Below are positions 26,586 through 48,569 of a DNA stretch of 64,000 nt, in pieces (positions within the stretch are counted from its first letter, which is position 1; each line of letters starts with the position of its first letter). A program made the translations under genes and the position numbers. The notes below the pieces were generated by a model that saw only the letters and a program-made list of their open reading frames with translations, searched no databases and was not told where the DNA came from. Location: contig NMRA01000409.1 of NCBI GenBank assembly GCA_002633005.1, positions 184,407-248,406 on the forward strand, written 5' to 3'. Source of the stretch: Phoronis australis (taxonomy: Eukaryota > Animalia > Phoronida).

Positions 26586-27295
26586 CAAGCCTCGACATTA
26601 CGAGTGTCCGATTGTCATGGACAACCAAAAATTGGGTAGAGACCGGTTAAATTTCTAAGTGGTTGTCTGAATGGACAACCTAAAGTATTCCGTATAGTTG
26701 CACACTTTGGCTAATCCTATCATAAATGTATGCACACAAAGTACTAGGTAACCTCTTGGGCAACGTATAAATCGTCAAAAGACCACGGAGTGACTCACTT
26801 GCAACTTGCTAAGGAACCCGTCGTCAGCCAGATGTATAGAAGCTGCTGTCAGTCAATGTTGACATTAAGACAACTAGCTGCATTTGGTGCTCGGCTGCGG
26901 TAGCCGCTGTTCGCTCACTTCAAGACAGCCGTGAAAAACAAAAAATGAAAGTAAATTAATTTTTGTTAACATGATTTGCTGCACCTACGGTAATAATAAT
27001 AATTGCAGTAAATGTTTGACATTCTCGTCTCCTATTATGATATAGACTACTCGCGCATTTTTCATGATTTGCCATCTGTTCGACCCTGTTTCGAGTAGCA
27101 ACAAAGAGTTCAATAAGCAAGTAATTCAAAAGTATTTCTAACAGTGCCGGTGAGACCTCAGCCTCCGCTGGTAAAAAAAATGATATTAGTTATTTATTCC
27201 CTCTTATGTTTGGACATGCTCATTTTGGATTTGTACAAGGTGAACTGAAGTAGAGTTATCCGACAGGCAGTCAAAAAAGTTATTGTGGAGGTCTG
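26586..27295. mobile_element. Old hAT-like non-autonomous element
   Basis: Imperfect TIRs CAAGCCTCGACATTA / TTATTGTGGAGGTCTG; flanks TTATC and TTGTC may be a 5-bp TSD with one mismatch. Confidence 0.45.
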
Positions 27296-27343
27296 TTGTC
27301 ATTCGAATATATGTCCCTTAGGCTATAAAAATGTCAACATTAA

Positions 27344-27726
27344 AGGCAAAGGCAACCTTTTTTCATGTCATTTTTTAGCAAAAATAGGTTTCGTTAACTT
27401 GATTATCCCAGAAATATTTTTCACTTATGTACAGCTTTTCGTATTATAATTAATTTCTCGTCGTCTACAACGGAAGTGACGTTTTGGGAGGCAAGAATTT
27501 CTTTTCTTACAGTGTGACTGTGAGAGCAGTTGAGTCAGTCATTGTGCTACCTCGGTTGTGATAAGTTCGGTCGTCGTTTGTTTTTGTTTACAAGTCAGTC
27601 AACATGGCATGCTGTTGCTGCCTACCGGGATGTACGAAAAGCTGTAATTAAGTGAAAAATATGTTTGGGATAATCAACAGATCTTATTTTTTTTAAAAGT
27701 GACATGAAAAAAGGTTGCCTTCGCCT
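27344..27726. mobile_element. TTAA-flanked MITE (Kolobok-like), family C
   Basis: TTAA-AGGCAAAGGCAACCTTTTTTCATGTCA...TGACATGAAAAAAGGTTGCCTTCGCCT-TTAA; a second copy starts at 63657. Confidence 0.85.
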
Positions 27727-28761
27727 TTAAACACACTATTAAAAGCAACAGATGGTCATACAGATATATAATGTAACAAATTCCTTCTCACTGAGTCCAC
27801 TGGAGGCTGAGCTTGATCAAGCCATACTGTTGTATTTATGGTATCACTTGTGTCACAAAGTAGCCACCATCATGAAGTATTTCAGGCAACGAAATTAGTT
27901 GTTTTTTTTGGTCACACCATGGCTTAAACTGGGTATTGAAATGGATTCATGATGGTTTCCACTGGTTTGTGGCAGAGCCTGACCACTTATGCACTGTTCA
28001 GTTGGTTTTGTTGGCTAATGCTGTTGTACTGGGAGGGGGGCTCCAAATTGAACACAAGCCATTGTTTATTTCTTACATGCCTAAGCTGTTGTAAGAGAAC
28101 ATTGTTACTGGCTTATGAATGGCACAGAGGAGCAATGACTACCTTTGACTTTTAGTTTGCTTTAGGGCCTACTGAGTGGCAGCTGTTAGCCAGTTGACAT
28201 TGTATTGTAGTGTTTCAAATAAAGAGTTATTGTCATTTATTAAAAGAAGAACAATGAGTGATTACTTAAGCTTCCAATTCTAACCTACTGTGCAAGTACA
28301 AAGTACTGAACTCTCCAGCATATGTCTGAAGTGCTTTTCCAACTGTTTTTCTTTTTAGGAAGTTGCTGCTTCTGAATATAGGCGTTTGGGCCTAAATAAA
28401 CGCGCATATCGTAACGTATATAAATATATTTCATTTCCTCGTTCTAAATATCGGTTCAGGATTAGATTTTTCACCATGGCATTTCCTCTGTAACAAGTCT
28501 CAATTAGCTGACAAGCATTGGCGGTGGTTTGTGGCAGGGATGTGCAGGAAGCGAATCGCCATTATTGGCGAATGAGGACGGCAATAGCCACTTACTTGAG
28601 TCCGGCATTTTGAGATTCTGCTTTGAAGAAAACTAGTCCTCAAACTGCGGGATCCCTTTGCGTGACTTATACCAGAAGTAATGCCCAACTTCGGTTACAA
28701 TGAGGCTTGACCTAGACCCAGTTTGTCGTACTTCCACGTCGTGCATTACTCACTACATTAA

Positions 28762-35886
<7,125 letters not shown>

Positions 35887-36193
35887 TGGCCGTGTTTCAG
35901 GTTGGCAGGGGAGATAACTGACTGTTCTTTGAAAATCAGCGTCGTCCATTTTGCTCTGGCATGGCGATTCTCTAGTGGGAGGAAATGAAGACGATGTCTC
36001 ATTGGATAATAGGAAATTATATAGTGTCGGGGATTCATGAGAACACAGGGACAAAGAGCAACTAATTACTGCGATGATGATGATGATGATGACAATGGTG
36101 ATTACGATCAAGTGAAAAGGGTGTCGGTTTAGAACGTGAAGCAATACCGAGTTTTCTGTTCGCATATGATTTGCTAGAGATTTGTTGGTAAAG

Positions 36194-37382
36194 ACGAAGC
36201 TTGAACAAGGTCGTGCAGTATTGACTATTCCGTTCTCACATTTCTCAGAGTCATCTTGCTGGAACGTGTGATCTAGGTATTGTGTTTTCCAGTCAACTCG
36301 CTTTTACAGTTAATGGAGAACACTGCCCTTTTGCAATTGCAGAGACAGTGTTAGTGGCTACTTCAAAGTAAGCCCAACATTGTGAGTTCGCTCTATCGTG
36401 TATGACAAGAATATCGAAATTCACCTTCGTATGTAGCAGTCTGTCATTTCTTTGTTACTGGGATCAGTTTTATTTGGCAAAATTGCTGATTAGTTCCACT
36501 GACATTTTCATAACTTAATCCTGTGATAAGTCGGGAATGGATTGTATGTGAACAGAAGACAGTTTTGCGGGATTTGCTGTAACAAGTCTTTCGTGCACTA
36601 ATATAGTATTATGTCTGCCCCTCTCCATGTTTTTCTGTATTTATATCGATGTAGTTGCGAAAAAGGTCAATGAAATTTGTGATTGCCTAAGAAACCATGC
36701 TTTTGATGTTGTGTCTTTGGCTGGACATCAGCTGTATGTTTGCTGCGTACAATTGTGTCATAAAACCTCATATTATTGGATTTTATGNACGAAGCTTGAA
36801 CAAGGTCGTGCAGTATTGACTATTCCGTTGTCACATTTCTCAGAGTCATCTTGCTGGAACGTGTGATCGAGGTATTGTGTTTTCCAGTCAACTCGCTTTT
36901 ACAGTTAATGGAGAACACAGCCCTTTCGCAAGGGCAGACACAGTGTTAGTGGCTACTTCAAAGTAAGCCCAACATTGTGAGTTCGCTCTATCGTGTACGA
37001 CAAGAATATCTAAATTCACCTTCGTATGTAGCAGTCTGTCATTTTTTTGTTACTGGGATCAGTTTTATTTGGCAAAATTGCTGATTAGTTCCACTGACAT
37101 TTTCATAACTTAATCCTGTGATAAGTCGGGAATGGATTGTATGTGAACAGAAGACAGTTTTGCGGGATTTGCTGTAACAAGTCTTTCGTGCACTAATATA
37201 GTATTATGTCTGCCCCTCTCCATGTTTTTCTGTATTTATATCGATGTAGTTGCGAAAAAGGTCAATGAAATTTGTGATTGCCTAAGAAACCATGCTTTTG
37301 ATGTTGTGTCTTTGGCTGGACATCAGCTGTATGTTTGCTGCGTACAATTGTGTCATAAAACCTCATATTATTGGATTTTATG
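36194..37382. repeat. 594-bp direct duplication across a single N (36788) in the Rab14 3' region, probable assembly artefact
   Basis: 36194-36787 and 36789-37382 differ by scattered substitutions only; the junction is exactly the N. Confidence 0.85.
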
Positions 37383-40300
37383 AGAAATTGGAACACTGAA
37401 ATTTTTAAACAAATCGTAATGCTATGACGCGTTGCAGGTTCATAGGGTTTATCATTTGACATACCTTATTAACCATTGAGTGAGTTGCCGGGGCATTTTC
37501 CATAGAGGCACGAAAGTTGAGAGAAATCAAGATTGTGCTAGACCACACAAGATCACTCGTGTGTTCGGGACCTTACTTGTAAACGGCTGGCCTCTGAAGA
37601 GATTGTTTGGCGATGTTGGAATGTTGAGCTATGGGATAGGGAAGATTTGATGCTGCAAGTGCATTCCGATTGTCTTGAGTCTATGGTATGCACCCCAGTT
37701 TAACCCTCAAAATTATACATCAAAAAAGATTTACTATTTTAACATGCAAATTGTTTGATAAAATATTACAGGTTTGGATTGAAGTACCTGTTTTAGTTAT
37801 TTGCATTGGTTGAGAGTCAATTTCTTGCTAAATAATTATTTGAAACTGGGTCGATGTTTCTAACTGCTTACACTAATTCTTCACTCTTTTCGTACAAAAA
37901 ATATTGTGAAATTGTCCAGCTGATGCCTTCCTGCAAAGAATGAAATCTTATCAAATGTCAAAAATATATGCAGATCTTGAACCGGGAATGGAAGCATAGA
38001 TCACATGCATTTTTAAGTCTGGCCGGACCTCTGTCTTAATGCCACAATGTCAGTGTGTACAGCCATGAAACCGCATGTCTTCCTCAAAACAAAGACGTGC
38101 TGTTAGCTCAGGATTTCGACCGTCCGACGTAGCTATACTGGCAAATCTATCGGGAAGAAGTTTGTGTTATGGCATTATTTATCTACGTAATTTATGGAAG
38201 AATTTGGGTAGAAATATATCTTATGGAAGCAGGTGTAGTTGGATTATATGAATGAAAGCTGCCTCGTTAGTAACGAGGGATTAATTAAGGCAGTAGTATA
38301 CCTTTGTTGCCAAGGATCAAATTTCTTTAATGACTTCTAAAGTACTGTATGTTTCTGAAATCCTTGATTGCACAAAGGCAATGCCTAGGTCGTTAACACA
38401 AAAATGTGATTTTTCATGTAGATTACCAGATTTTCCGCAGATGTTATTTTTTTGCACAAAACTTGAAATTCTGTTAGATCTTATGGATGTTAACTTTCTG
38501 TGATTATTTTACAACTGAGCTCACTTTCTAAAAGGCCTTAAAAATCCTAGTTGTGCTTTAGAAGTTAAAAAGATAAAGAAACTGTTGGCAAGTATCGTGC
38601 AATCAATTTATGTTCGTGAAAAATTCAGCAATATCCTTGAAAAGTTTGTTTATTTAGAAAAAATGTGATCATGTGATTACGAACACCTGATCACTGCTTT
38701 TGTGCATATCACATAGTGCGACCATCTAGTATTCTAAAAATATATAGTTTTACGAGTCTACAATAATTAAAGTTGTTGAAGAAAGTCGATCGTTGGTAAC
38801 AGAGGTTTCATACTTCCTTAAGTTGAATGTGAATTTAGAAATTTATTAAAAATATTCCAGTGCTTGTACAGACAGCTGGTGACTTTACAATGGCAATGTT
38901 TTGAGTTGTCAGCTGTGTTGTGTCACTATCTTCAATTGTGTAAAAAGTTCTTAATTTATATCTGTTGTTTACTGTTTCTGAATGGTCAGTGTCTCCCTAG
39001 GGATATTGGCTCAGTGTTAATCTTCTTGCTGGAGTTAGGAAACTTCATTTCCTTCATCTATGCCCAGTTGTGCTAGTGCTGTTCTTATTGATAAGATTTC
39101 CTTAAAAATTGCGTTAAAGTGAAACTCGCAAAATTGGACACACGCGAGTCAGATTATCGCTTACTAACTCAATAGTCATGTGGTATGGTTGTTTAAGTTT
39201 TTGCATTCGGCCCGTCAGATAAGTTGGATTTTACCTTACTAGGGTAAATTCCCTTGCTCTGTTTGGATTCTCCTTGTGCGAGTCTTACTGTATTGATAAT
39301 TAATAAACACTGTTAATTCATTGTGTCTAGTACATGTGATCGCTTACTCATGAAGAAAATCTCATCTCCCAACTTATTATGCATTCGTCATTTGCATATT
39401 CAAAGAATTGAGTTATATTGGATGTTTATGTAAAGAATTAAGTGTTGAGGTGCATAATAGTGTTGTCCGACTTGAATGTGCACTAGGAGTGTTGATCAAC
39501 CATTTAAAGTGACATAATTGGTGAGAAAAGTGTTGTAATGGTCTTTAAGCAGCCCTAAGGCGTATTTGAACCGGCAACCAAAGTGGTCGCAGTGTCATAC
39601 TTGGCTAGTGGAGCCAGACCTTGAAAAATAACGAGTATTTTAAGTGTATTTAAAGTCACTGACTTGGACCTCAACTAAGTTCTTGGAGCCAGTGACGAGA
39701 ATTAGCAGTTTGAAATGAAATCACTCAAATGAATTATGTAGTTTTATAAGTTTTTATCATAGCTAGTAAATTTAAGAAGTCTATCCCATGCAATAATTGT
39801 CCCAACGGTGTATTTTTGTCCCTAAAACTGATTATGTCTCTTAAGTTGGGTACATTTCCTCAGTAAACTATAGTATGTGCACCACCAACTCCGTATATTT
39901 TCAATGGACGAAATCTGTGTTCTTACGCATAAGCCGCGACATTGCTATTCACTAGCGACACCTGGCAAACATAGCACGTTTTACTTCTGGCAAGTACATC
40001 ATCTGCTATACTGAACAGTAAAATAGATGCAAGAATTTCCTGTCACAATACATTAACCGGCAGCTGAGTTTGGTACGTTTAGTGGGTGGCGCCTCCTCTA
40101 GGATATTTCGCAGAAAATGTCGGGAGTTGCGAATCTGTTGTCTACAACTTTGATTCTATGGTGTGGCGTTTTGAGTTCATGGTTATTATGCTTAGTAACA
40201 ACATTGTGACTAATGACGTTTAGTCGACAATATGTGATACCACGTGACTGTAATGGAAGGTACGACATATGTCTTACTGGTGTCACGGACAAGTGGCTTT

Positions 40301-41298
40301 TGTGAAACTACATTGTGTATAGTTCATGTTGTAGTCTCCATAACATACATTGGGCATTTTTCGCAAAATTGAACCAGAGATAGCTTGCGGTTTCGAGTGA
40401 TAAATCAGCTACTTTTAGTTAGATAAAACAAGTTTAAGACTTATTATCCCAAGCGTACTGCCCTATGAACACTGGGCACAGTACAAAATTGTAGAAAAGT
40501 AAGCACTGTCCCTCAGTTCAGAACTTGACTCATTTATTCTGACAAATGTTAAACAAATCAAAATTTGCCATAAAAATACATGTCTCAAGTGTGGCAGTCA
40601 CTTTTGTTCAGAACCTTGAATACAGCAAAGCCACCTGGAGTGTTGTCTACTCTCAACCAAAGTATACAGGTCCTGTTCTGTGGGGGCTAAGTCATTATTG
40701 CATTATGCAGGTCTTCATTACTCCCTAGGTGCTGGATGACACGAGTCAGTTGAGCCACCCTGTGTATTTATTCAGGATACAGGGTTATCAGAAACTTACT
40801 TGATTATGGTCTTGTGGTTACAGCTGAGGTGTTCCTGACTCTTAAACTGCATTGTTGACTCTGTCTCAACTAAGGAGTTAGTAAAAGTGCTATGTGTACT
40901 AATGGGTTCTAGTTGCTCATGAAAGAAATGATGAAATATATTATAAAAAGATACGACTTTTAATTGCATTTGTTTTCTCATAGCTTGTTGAAAATATCTG
41001 TTGGGTATGGACTTCTCGTCAAGGGTGTGTGTTTTTATCGTCTGTTGTACAGACAAACAATTTCAGGACGCGTTTATCAAAGGGTCTCCATTACTGCTAT
41101 AAGAATGTAGATTGAATTTTCTTTGGCTGCTCTTTTTAGTTCATTTAGTTTCACCTTTGGTTTCCAGCAGGTGTGGTTACACAAACAACTACAATCACAA
41201 TTTTCTGCTTGCAATTTGACAGCACTTAATTTCTGTGAAATATATGAAAAGTTAAATCATTTATATGAATATTACCATGGGATGTTGTTTTTCACTTA

Positions 41299-41611
41299 AG
41301 GCCAAAAAGCGATAGTTGTTTCTGGTGTTGACTCATTTTGAGACTTGCGCTTGCCAACAATTTTTTCTAAATGCCCTCATCTATTGCTTTCAGCCCAAAT
41401 TGTTTTTGAAATGTACAAGTGCATGTAAGCAAAGCTAAACAAGATTTGGAACGCCAAGATTTGTCAAGCAATGAGCAAACAAACGAGAAAGAAGGCCTGC
41501 TTCACTTTTGCTCATGCAGTAGATTTTTTTGAAAAGGTGAGCAAGTAAAAAATACCACACTGCTGAGTTGATATTCAAAAAAGCCCAGAAGCAACTATGT
41601 TTTTTTGACCT
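41299..41611. mobile_element. Degenerate MITE
   Basis: AGGCCAAAAAGCGATAGTTGTTTCTGG versus CCAGAAGCAACTATGTTTTTTTGACCT (imperfect inverted ends). Confidence 0.55.
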
Positions 41612-42438
41612 GATGTAGCCATGGTTTTAATGGAGCTCATAGGTCTCGTTTTGTTTTATTTTGGTATTAACCATCTTTGACCTGTGAAAACAGTGCCCAA
41701 TGTAGCTTTAAAACAATTTAAGTAAAACTCAAAAGAGGACACAATTCAGCATGTCTATGTATTGTTTCAGTTTGTGGATAGTGCTCTGTGTGGCCACGTG
41801 TACTTGAGTCGTCTTGCCTGGGGACTCTGTTTTATATTGGATGTAATCAACATTTGAAGTAGTCATTCATTTAATGTATTGTATTTTTCCAGATGGTTGT
41901 CTGTCTGGTGTTCTAAATTAATTATTGATTATTAATTATTTAGCCTTGAGGAACAAAATAAAATTGTCCACATAAGAATTTTTGTTTTTGAACTGACAAC
42001 CGGGAGGCGCAGTCATTTTAAAAAGTTTTGCAGAGTGAACTGAGATCATAAAATGTACGTCTTGGAGTGTCTATGAAATTCATACTACATGTACATGTGT
42101 CAGTTCTTGAATTTGGTCTGCTAATTTGTGGTTATATTTACCTTGATTCCTTGAGATCCTCGGAGATTTGTTGTTTCCTTTGATGAGGTAATGTTGTCCA
42201 GTACTGGAAGCGGAAACTCCAGTCACAAGTAAGATCTCACGTGATGAGGAACAAGGAGTGTAGTATGATAATATAATTCTATGTACATTCCTTGATTGGG
42301 GTTCCTGTTAATAGTAGTCTACATAGCCCTATCGAATGAGACGAGATGTCTCTGGGGGCCTAGGAATCGAGGTAAATAATCAGCAGACCAGGTTTAATGG
42401 TGAGCGGAGAATGTTACTTTCTTATCGGAACTTCAATG

Positions 42439-42695
42439 CATGCGCACACCCAGCCTGTAATGTGGGGGGGGGCTCGAATTTCCGACGGTGTGGACCTTTT
42501 GCAAACCAAAAAGCATGAGGACTTAAAACAAAAACATGGGGTACCAAGTCCGGAGCTGTGAAATGTGCGTTTATGCCTTTTTAGTGGACTTTTGTCTCGT
42601 TTTCTCAGACTTTTGTTTCTCTGAGGCGGACATTTTTGCCCACGTCGCCAAATAGTGGGGCTCATTCGACCCCCTCCCCCCTGGGTGCGCACATG
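42439..42695. mobile_element. MITE family A, second copy, 5-bp TSD CAATG
   Basis: CATGCGCACACCCAG...CTGGGTGCGCACATG; CAATG at 42434-42438 and 42696-42700. The interior matches the reverse complement of 7904-8127. Confidence 0.85.
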
Positions 42696-44511
42696 CAATG
42701 TTGTGTGTCATATGAACGAATCGTTGCAATAACGAGAATTATTTTTGACATTTACATTCAAATTCGAGGGAAACCTACCTAATTCACTGCGTGTGTTAAA
42801 TTCAGAATTTGACCTCCATAGTTATGAGAGGAGGAGCACGATAATAGACTACAAAATTTTCATTGCTTTCAGATACATACGAGGTAATGACTGGTTACTT
42901 CATTCAAATCATTTCTGTTCTCCAGATGCTAGCGCCAGTGCAGATAATTTGTCAGAAAGAAAGCAGTCGACATGATCTATTACACCACGGGAGTTCACAA
43001 AGTAGTAAAAAAATCAGTGAAATAGATCAGTAATCTCATCAAGCCTTGGGCTTGATTTGTGGCAAAAATATATCCCAAGTCATTTTAGGCTTGCATAGTG
43101 AGCCGATTGTGCGAAACAAGTCAGTTTTATGGTATGTCAGATTTTGTTCTTTAAGCTAAAACAGACTGATACTAATAACAATAAGGTCTTGGTTAAAAGT
43201 CATTTTATTTAGTAAGCAATTAAAAGTGTACTTTTTGGCGACATTTATGACCAAGGCAAGGGTAAAATCCACACAGGCAAAAATTGGACATTCACAGACA
43301 TATACTCAGCAGTTTCCGTAAACCTGCATAAATCTAGTTTAGTGTTTCAATAAAAACACAGTAAGAGTTGAGCAATAGAAAATTGTGCTTTTTAGCCACG
43401 AGTTCCGTGAACAATAATCCTGGGCATTAGCCAAAGTTGAATTTGAGCATCATGTTTACATTTAGTCGAAAACGTTAACCGAACAGATAGGCGGGTAAAA
43501 CTATATCCTATGGAAAAATGTGAACATAATTTGAATTGATCTTAAATTCATTTAAGCAATGTTTGTAAAGTTCACTTTGTCTTCCAAGTTCGCTGTCCAA
43601 TCTCCAAGAGATTCCAATTTACTGGTATGTCCAATCCCAAAATCTCACACTGAATCCAATGACGGCATTTATATACAACATGTACATTTGTACTGGATGG
43701 AACTGGGTCCTCAAATGAATGCTACCTAGTATTTACATTAACACACGATTCTGTACATACCTTAGAACACGTAACAATCGTATTTATGTACATCATAAGA
43801 TAAAGTAGAATTGCATCTAGGCTTTGAAATGGAAACACATGGTGCTAATAATAAAAATTAATTTATCCTGGTCAGCTGTACTACAAGACAGTGACCCACT
43901 GCAATATTGGTCATGGAAAATGCTAGAAACAAACGCTAAAATGTCATCATTTTTCTATCCAATGTTAGAAAAAAGTGCTTTAAAGATCAACACAGTCCCT
44001 AATATCGGCTTTCAACTTAACGTGTTGGGAATGACATAAAGTAGTTGTAAATATGTTAGTGCTAATTTTATATAACATTTTGATGACAATAAGTCCTCTG
44101 TTCATATATAAAAGGTTTGATGATTGTTCCTATACAAATATTCTACAATGCCTATGCACAACAGTGCATAATAAACATAATTAATTCAGCTTCCCCTCAG
44201 ACAAACATCAATATAAAATTAATCAGTTGATGATGCTTTATTCAAAATTCAATTACCATAAAATTGAGCATATTTTTGCTATACATTATCACAATCGTTA
44301 TAGTTATATGCACCGTCAGGAGTAACATATATGTTGATATTATTAAAACGGGTCTTGAGCAATTATTCACAATTCTTGGAACACTAAACCACACATCTGC
44401 AAAATTCTTTCACATTTTATGTGAAAGCCGTGAGTAATAAGAGGCAAAAATGTGCAAGTAGATGTGCGATCAACTTCCACAGAACTGAATCTCGCTAGCA
44501 ACTTGAGAAGC

Positions 44512-47500
44512 TTAAAAAGCCTCGCCCATGACCCATTTATGGTTAGCCTTTCTGCGGCGCAGTCGGAAGACGCTACTGTCGACCTCGCGACCTTTGCCCT
44601 TATCCCTGATGTCGTCCTGAAGACGACCCTGTGCCAGTTTCAATAGGCCGATGTTTCTACTGGTTGCAGTTAGCGATTCCAGGAGTCCCTCACCACCCTA
44701 AAAATAATAATCATAATTAGGCTAATAATAATAACAATAATACAAGCAATGTAGTTAATTTTCTGTAAATTGTCATAAAATGACTTAGTGAATTAAAAAT
44801 GCTTTAATAATTTAAGGTTTGCATATCATTGTCTAGCTTGTAACCACTGGCAAACATTTATGATCTAGTTTTCAAATTATTCTAAGTTTCTAAAAATTCA
44901 TTACATTGAAGGTTAACTGATCTCCACAAAAGTGCCATTTTTCATAAAACATCTGGTTGAATAAATTCTATCAGTTCACTTCATTGCTCAATTTATCTGA
45001 AAAACGTCAAAAAGACTGTTGAAAAAAAACACTCCTAAAGTTTGAATTTTTAAAACTTGAATACATACAGCAATAATATCTTGCGCTTCAGGAAGCTGTG
45101 TGCCTGGGTGACGTTGATACACCTTTATGATTGGTCGATCCAGTCGTTCATGTGTTCGCAGGTCAGAGTACATGACAGGACCCTGTAAAAAAAATTATGA
45201 CATTTTTGAGACTTTGAAATACGTTGGCATGTGAACGTGATTTGTTGTCGGGGGTTTATAGTCTAATTCCAAATCACACTGTCGCAAATGAATTTTTTTT
45301 AATAATCTGTATATCAAAATATTTTAACATTATTTTTAAAATAAAATGTTTTAAATTAGACAATAAATCAAGTTATCTAAACATCATAAATGGTGAAGTG
45401 TTAACAGTAAAGAAGTTGTTTTTATTAAAAGAAGACAACAACATTGACCTGCCATGCATTTTAAAAAATTATCAAAACTCGTGTAGTTTTAAGAATGCTT
45501 TGTCGAAACTCTTGCATGATAATCAATTTAGGTGTCAGAAAATATTCCATCATTAGCAAGCCAGCTTTACACTTACCAAAGAATATCCATGAGCACGTGC
45601 GGTTGCATCGTACCAACGCTGAGCACGGTGTGTGGCGTGCTTGTTTTCGCCGGCTGCCACATGGAGGTGTTGCTTAAGAGTTGTCGTTTCTGCGACCTTC
45701 TGTGTGAATCCATCATTGACTGACTTGTGAGCTGCCTGCTGAAGTCTTGTTGTCCTGTCAATAAGATCCTTTAATTCTTTGCGGAGAGTTGAGCCTCGCT
45801 TTCGGGCATCGACGGCTTCATTCATTGCGAAATCACATTCGGGCGTGAAAGGTCCTGTAACAATATCAAGGAGAAAAAGTCAAACACAGTTTTAGGTTTT
45901 GTATGCGGGTATGCACAATTCATTATTTGCCTTGCAGTTTCAATTAACAAGCCTTTGTCACGTTGAAAATACAAGTCAAAATTAAAAGAAATAAATAAAA
46001 AACAATTAAGAATATTGTCTTCAAATTTGAAAAACTAAATAAAGCCATGGACTTCTAAAAAACATCGTCTTTTTTGCGTTTCCAAACTATCACGATAAAG
46101 CCTACAAACATCAAACTTTTTATTTTCTAGTATTTTTGTAACTATTTCATAATAAACAGGAATCCTTTTCAACAAAAAATAGCAAAACAAGAAAGCACAG
46201 GCATATGACATTTAGATAAAATAAAGTTCAACAAAAATGTATGACTCCACCGTGGCTGCTTCAGAAAGCAAAACTAAATACAAGAAACTTGCAGCTTCAC
46301 TATTCTAAATCACAGATGACTGACAGAAATATGTACCTAGAGCATCCACTCTATTGGCTGATGGTACTGGAGGACGCATGGGAGAAAGACTTGCTCCAGG
46401 TACAGGCATTTCCTCCTTATCGACATAGCCCTCTTGCTGAAGTGCAGCGGACAGTGTGTGGCAGGTGAGATCAAGAACACGTGATCGCTCTTGGATGACG
46501 GCGGCAAGGCGCTTGCGACAACTATTGAGCAGTTGGAGTTGCTCTTTAACCAATCGGAGGTGAGACTCGATCATTCTTTTGAGGTTCAGCAGGTGCATTT
46601 TTTCGGCACTCAGTAAGTCATCAACGCCATCATGATCCTAAGGGAAGAGAGAAATCACGTGAATTCTAATGATAAAATATAAAGTTGAACAGAAGATAGC
46701 CAGGAAAATGTCTACCACAACTATGTTAGAGTCAATTTATGATGCCATACTTAGGTGCTTTTATTCTGAACCATTTGTGTGCAGAGGCATTGGTAATTGA
46801 GTCACATGCATTGATGTGTCAGGCTACCACCAGGGTGCTCTAGGATAAATTGAATAGCCAAGGGCACCTCACAATGACTCTCTTTATGTGTGGTTTAACT
46901 TTTCACTTTATGTCTCAATAGGAAAATAGCCATTTTCCAGTAATCGCTTAGCTACTGCGTATTTAATGAAGGTGGCAGAACTATTTTCACGACTTGCTCT
47001 GATTTATTATCTTAATGTTCAGGGGAATAGCCCATGTGATACTTTATATCTGGATCTTAATAGAATATTCACTGTTGAGCCTGTAATTGCCATGTGTTCC
47101 AAAACGAAAGCCCCTCCCCCTGAAATGGTTAAATACATGACTATTGTTTGTTATTGACAGCCTAGCTCCTGATGGCAAACTACTGACAGAAATTATCAAT
47201 AATGTAATAAGGTAATAATGATTCTCTTACATTTGACAGGGTGACAAAGGATTCATTTTGAGTGAAACGAAAATCACCATACGTTCGACCCTTTTTGAAA
47301 AAGGAAACGAAACTTCAACAATGGGTAAGGGGTAAAACAATATTTATCAACCTTTCTGATTTTTTCATGCAAGCTGTTTGATAAACATTCCACAGCACTT
47401 GTTAAGAGGCTGGGAAACAGATCAACGTTGTTCAAGAATCAATACATCCGATCATGCATTACAAATATTCTATTGTTTACGAGGACCTGATCAAACACCG

Positions 47501-48469
47501 TCAATCACATAAGGATATCAATTTTTAATGAATTAGGATAAAACCTAAAAGAAAAAAGATTGATTCCTGATAATAATCAATAAAACATTTCCAGCAGCCT
47601 TAGGAACAAACTTAGAAAAGCATTAACTATTAATGATGTGTAGCCGTAGAAACAACTCTGTTAGCAATCTGAGAAAACATAGTTTGTAATTCAAAGTGAC
47701 CAGCTGTTCTACATCACGAATGTGTCAGATAACTTGTAAATAAATTTTGTCCATGGTTAGTATTGTCTCTGGAAATTAATTAATACGTTTAAAAGATCAT
47801 AGTATATTTCCACTGAATGAAAAAACATCATAGACATATAAGACTACTTCTTCCTGTCATTCAGTAAGATTGTTATGTTTTGTCAGCTTGGCAAAATAGT
47901 TTGTTCGTAAAAGTTAGTTAACTTTACTTTACTTAAAGACTAAAGTCAAAGAAAAGGCAAAAATCACATACCTCAGTCACAAAAAATATAACGGCTAAAA
48001 CAGAAGTTATATAAACTGGTCAAGTTACTTCTTAACAATTTAATCAACTGCAGTGCACTGGATGAATTTGTTTACTAACCTTTTCCCGTTTTGGCCTGGA
48101 AACTCTTACATCTACACAGTCACTGTTAAGGCGGATATCCTTTCGTTTGTGTTCAAGAGCCTTCTCCAAAGCTTCTTTTCCTCGGGTGAGTGATTTGATT
48201 TCCTCGTTTGTCTGTAGTAGACTATCCTTCAAGCGTGCTACGACAATTCTTGTCTCTCTTACATATCTCTGAACTTCGTCGTTACTTAAGTGAGATAAAG
48301 TTTCGCGCAAGTGAGGAATCGGATCCAGGGATCGGCCCATATCGTTGGCACGGTCACTTCTGTTAGCGATGTTCTGTGACAATTTGATAGTTTTAATCGT
48401 GCCATTTCTCCAATTCTGCGGTCCAATCATCATCCCACCGCCGAGTGTTACGGTCTTCATCATTGCCAT
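44512..48469 (-). CDS. CCDC105: Tektin-like protein CCDC105/TEKTL1, 422 aa; exons 48469-48080, 46637-46337, 45854-45577, 45182-45069, 44697-44512
   Basis: GT-AG introns with phases 0,1,0,0; total 1269 nt. Coiled-coil protein with GPQNWR near the N-terminus, tektin-like RPKREKDHDGVDDLL, GPFTPEC, LDRPIIKVYQRHPGTQLPEA and C-terminal RLRRRKANHKWV, which I recognise as CCDC105-like. Confidence 0.9.
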
Positions 48470-48569
48470 CTTGAACGTTAATGTCTTAATTACAAGTCGA
48501 TGACTTAATTCTTGTTTAATTACCTTCCTTCAAATGAACACATCCGAGCACCTGCATATGTTATTAAAT

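Noticed and set aside
28590-28612. First coding exon MPDS|GTAAGT of a minus-strand gene divergent from Rab14
   Set aside because: Good start context and donor, but no compatible downstream exon was found, and base skew to the left suggests plus-strand transcription.
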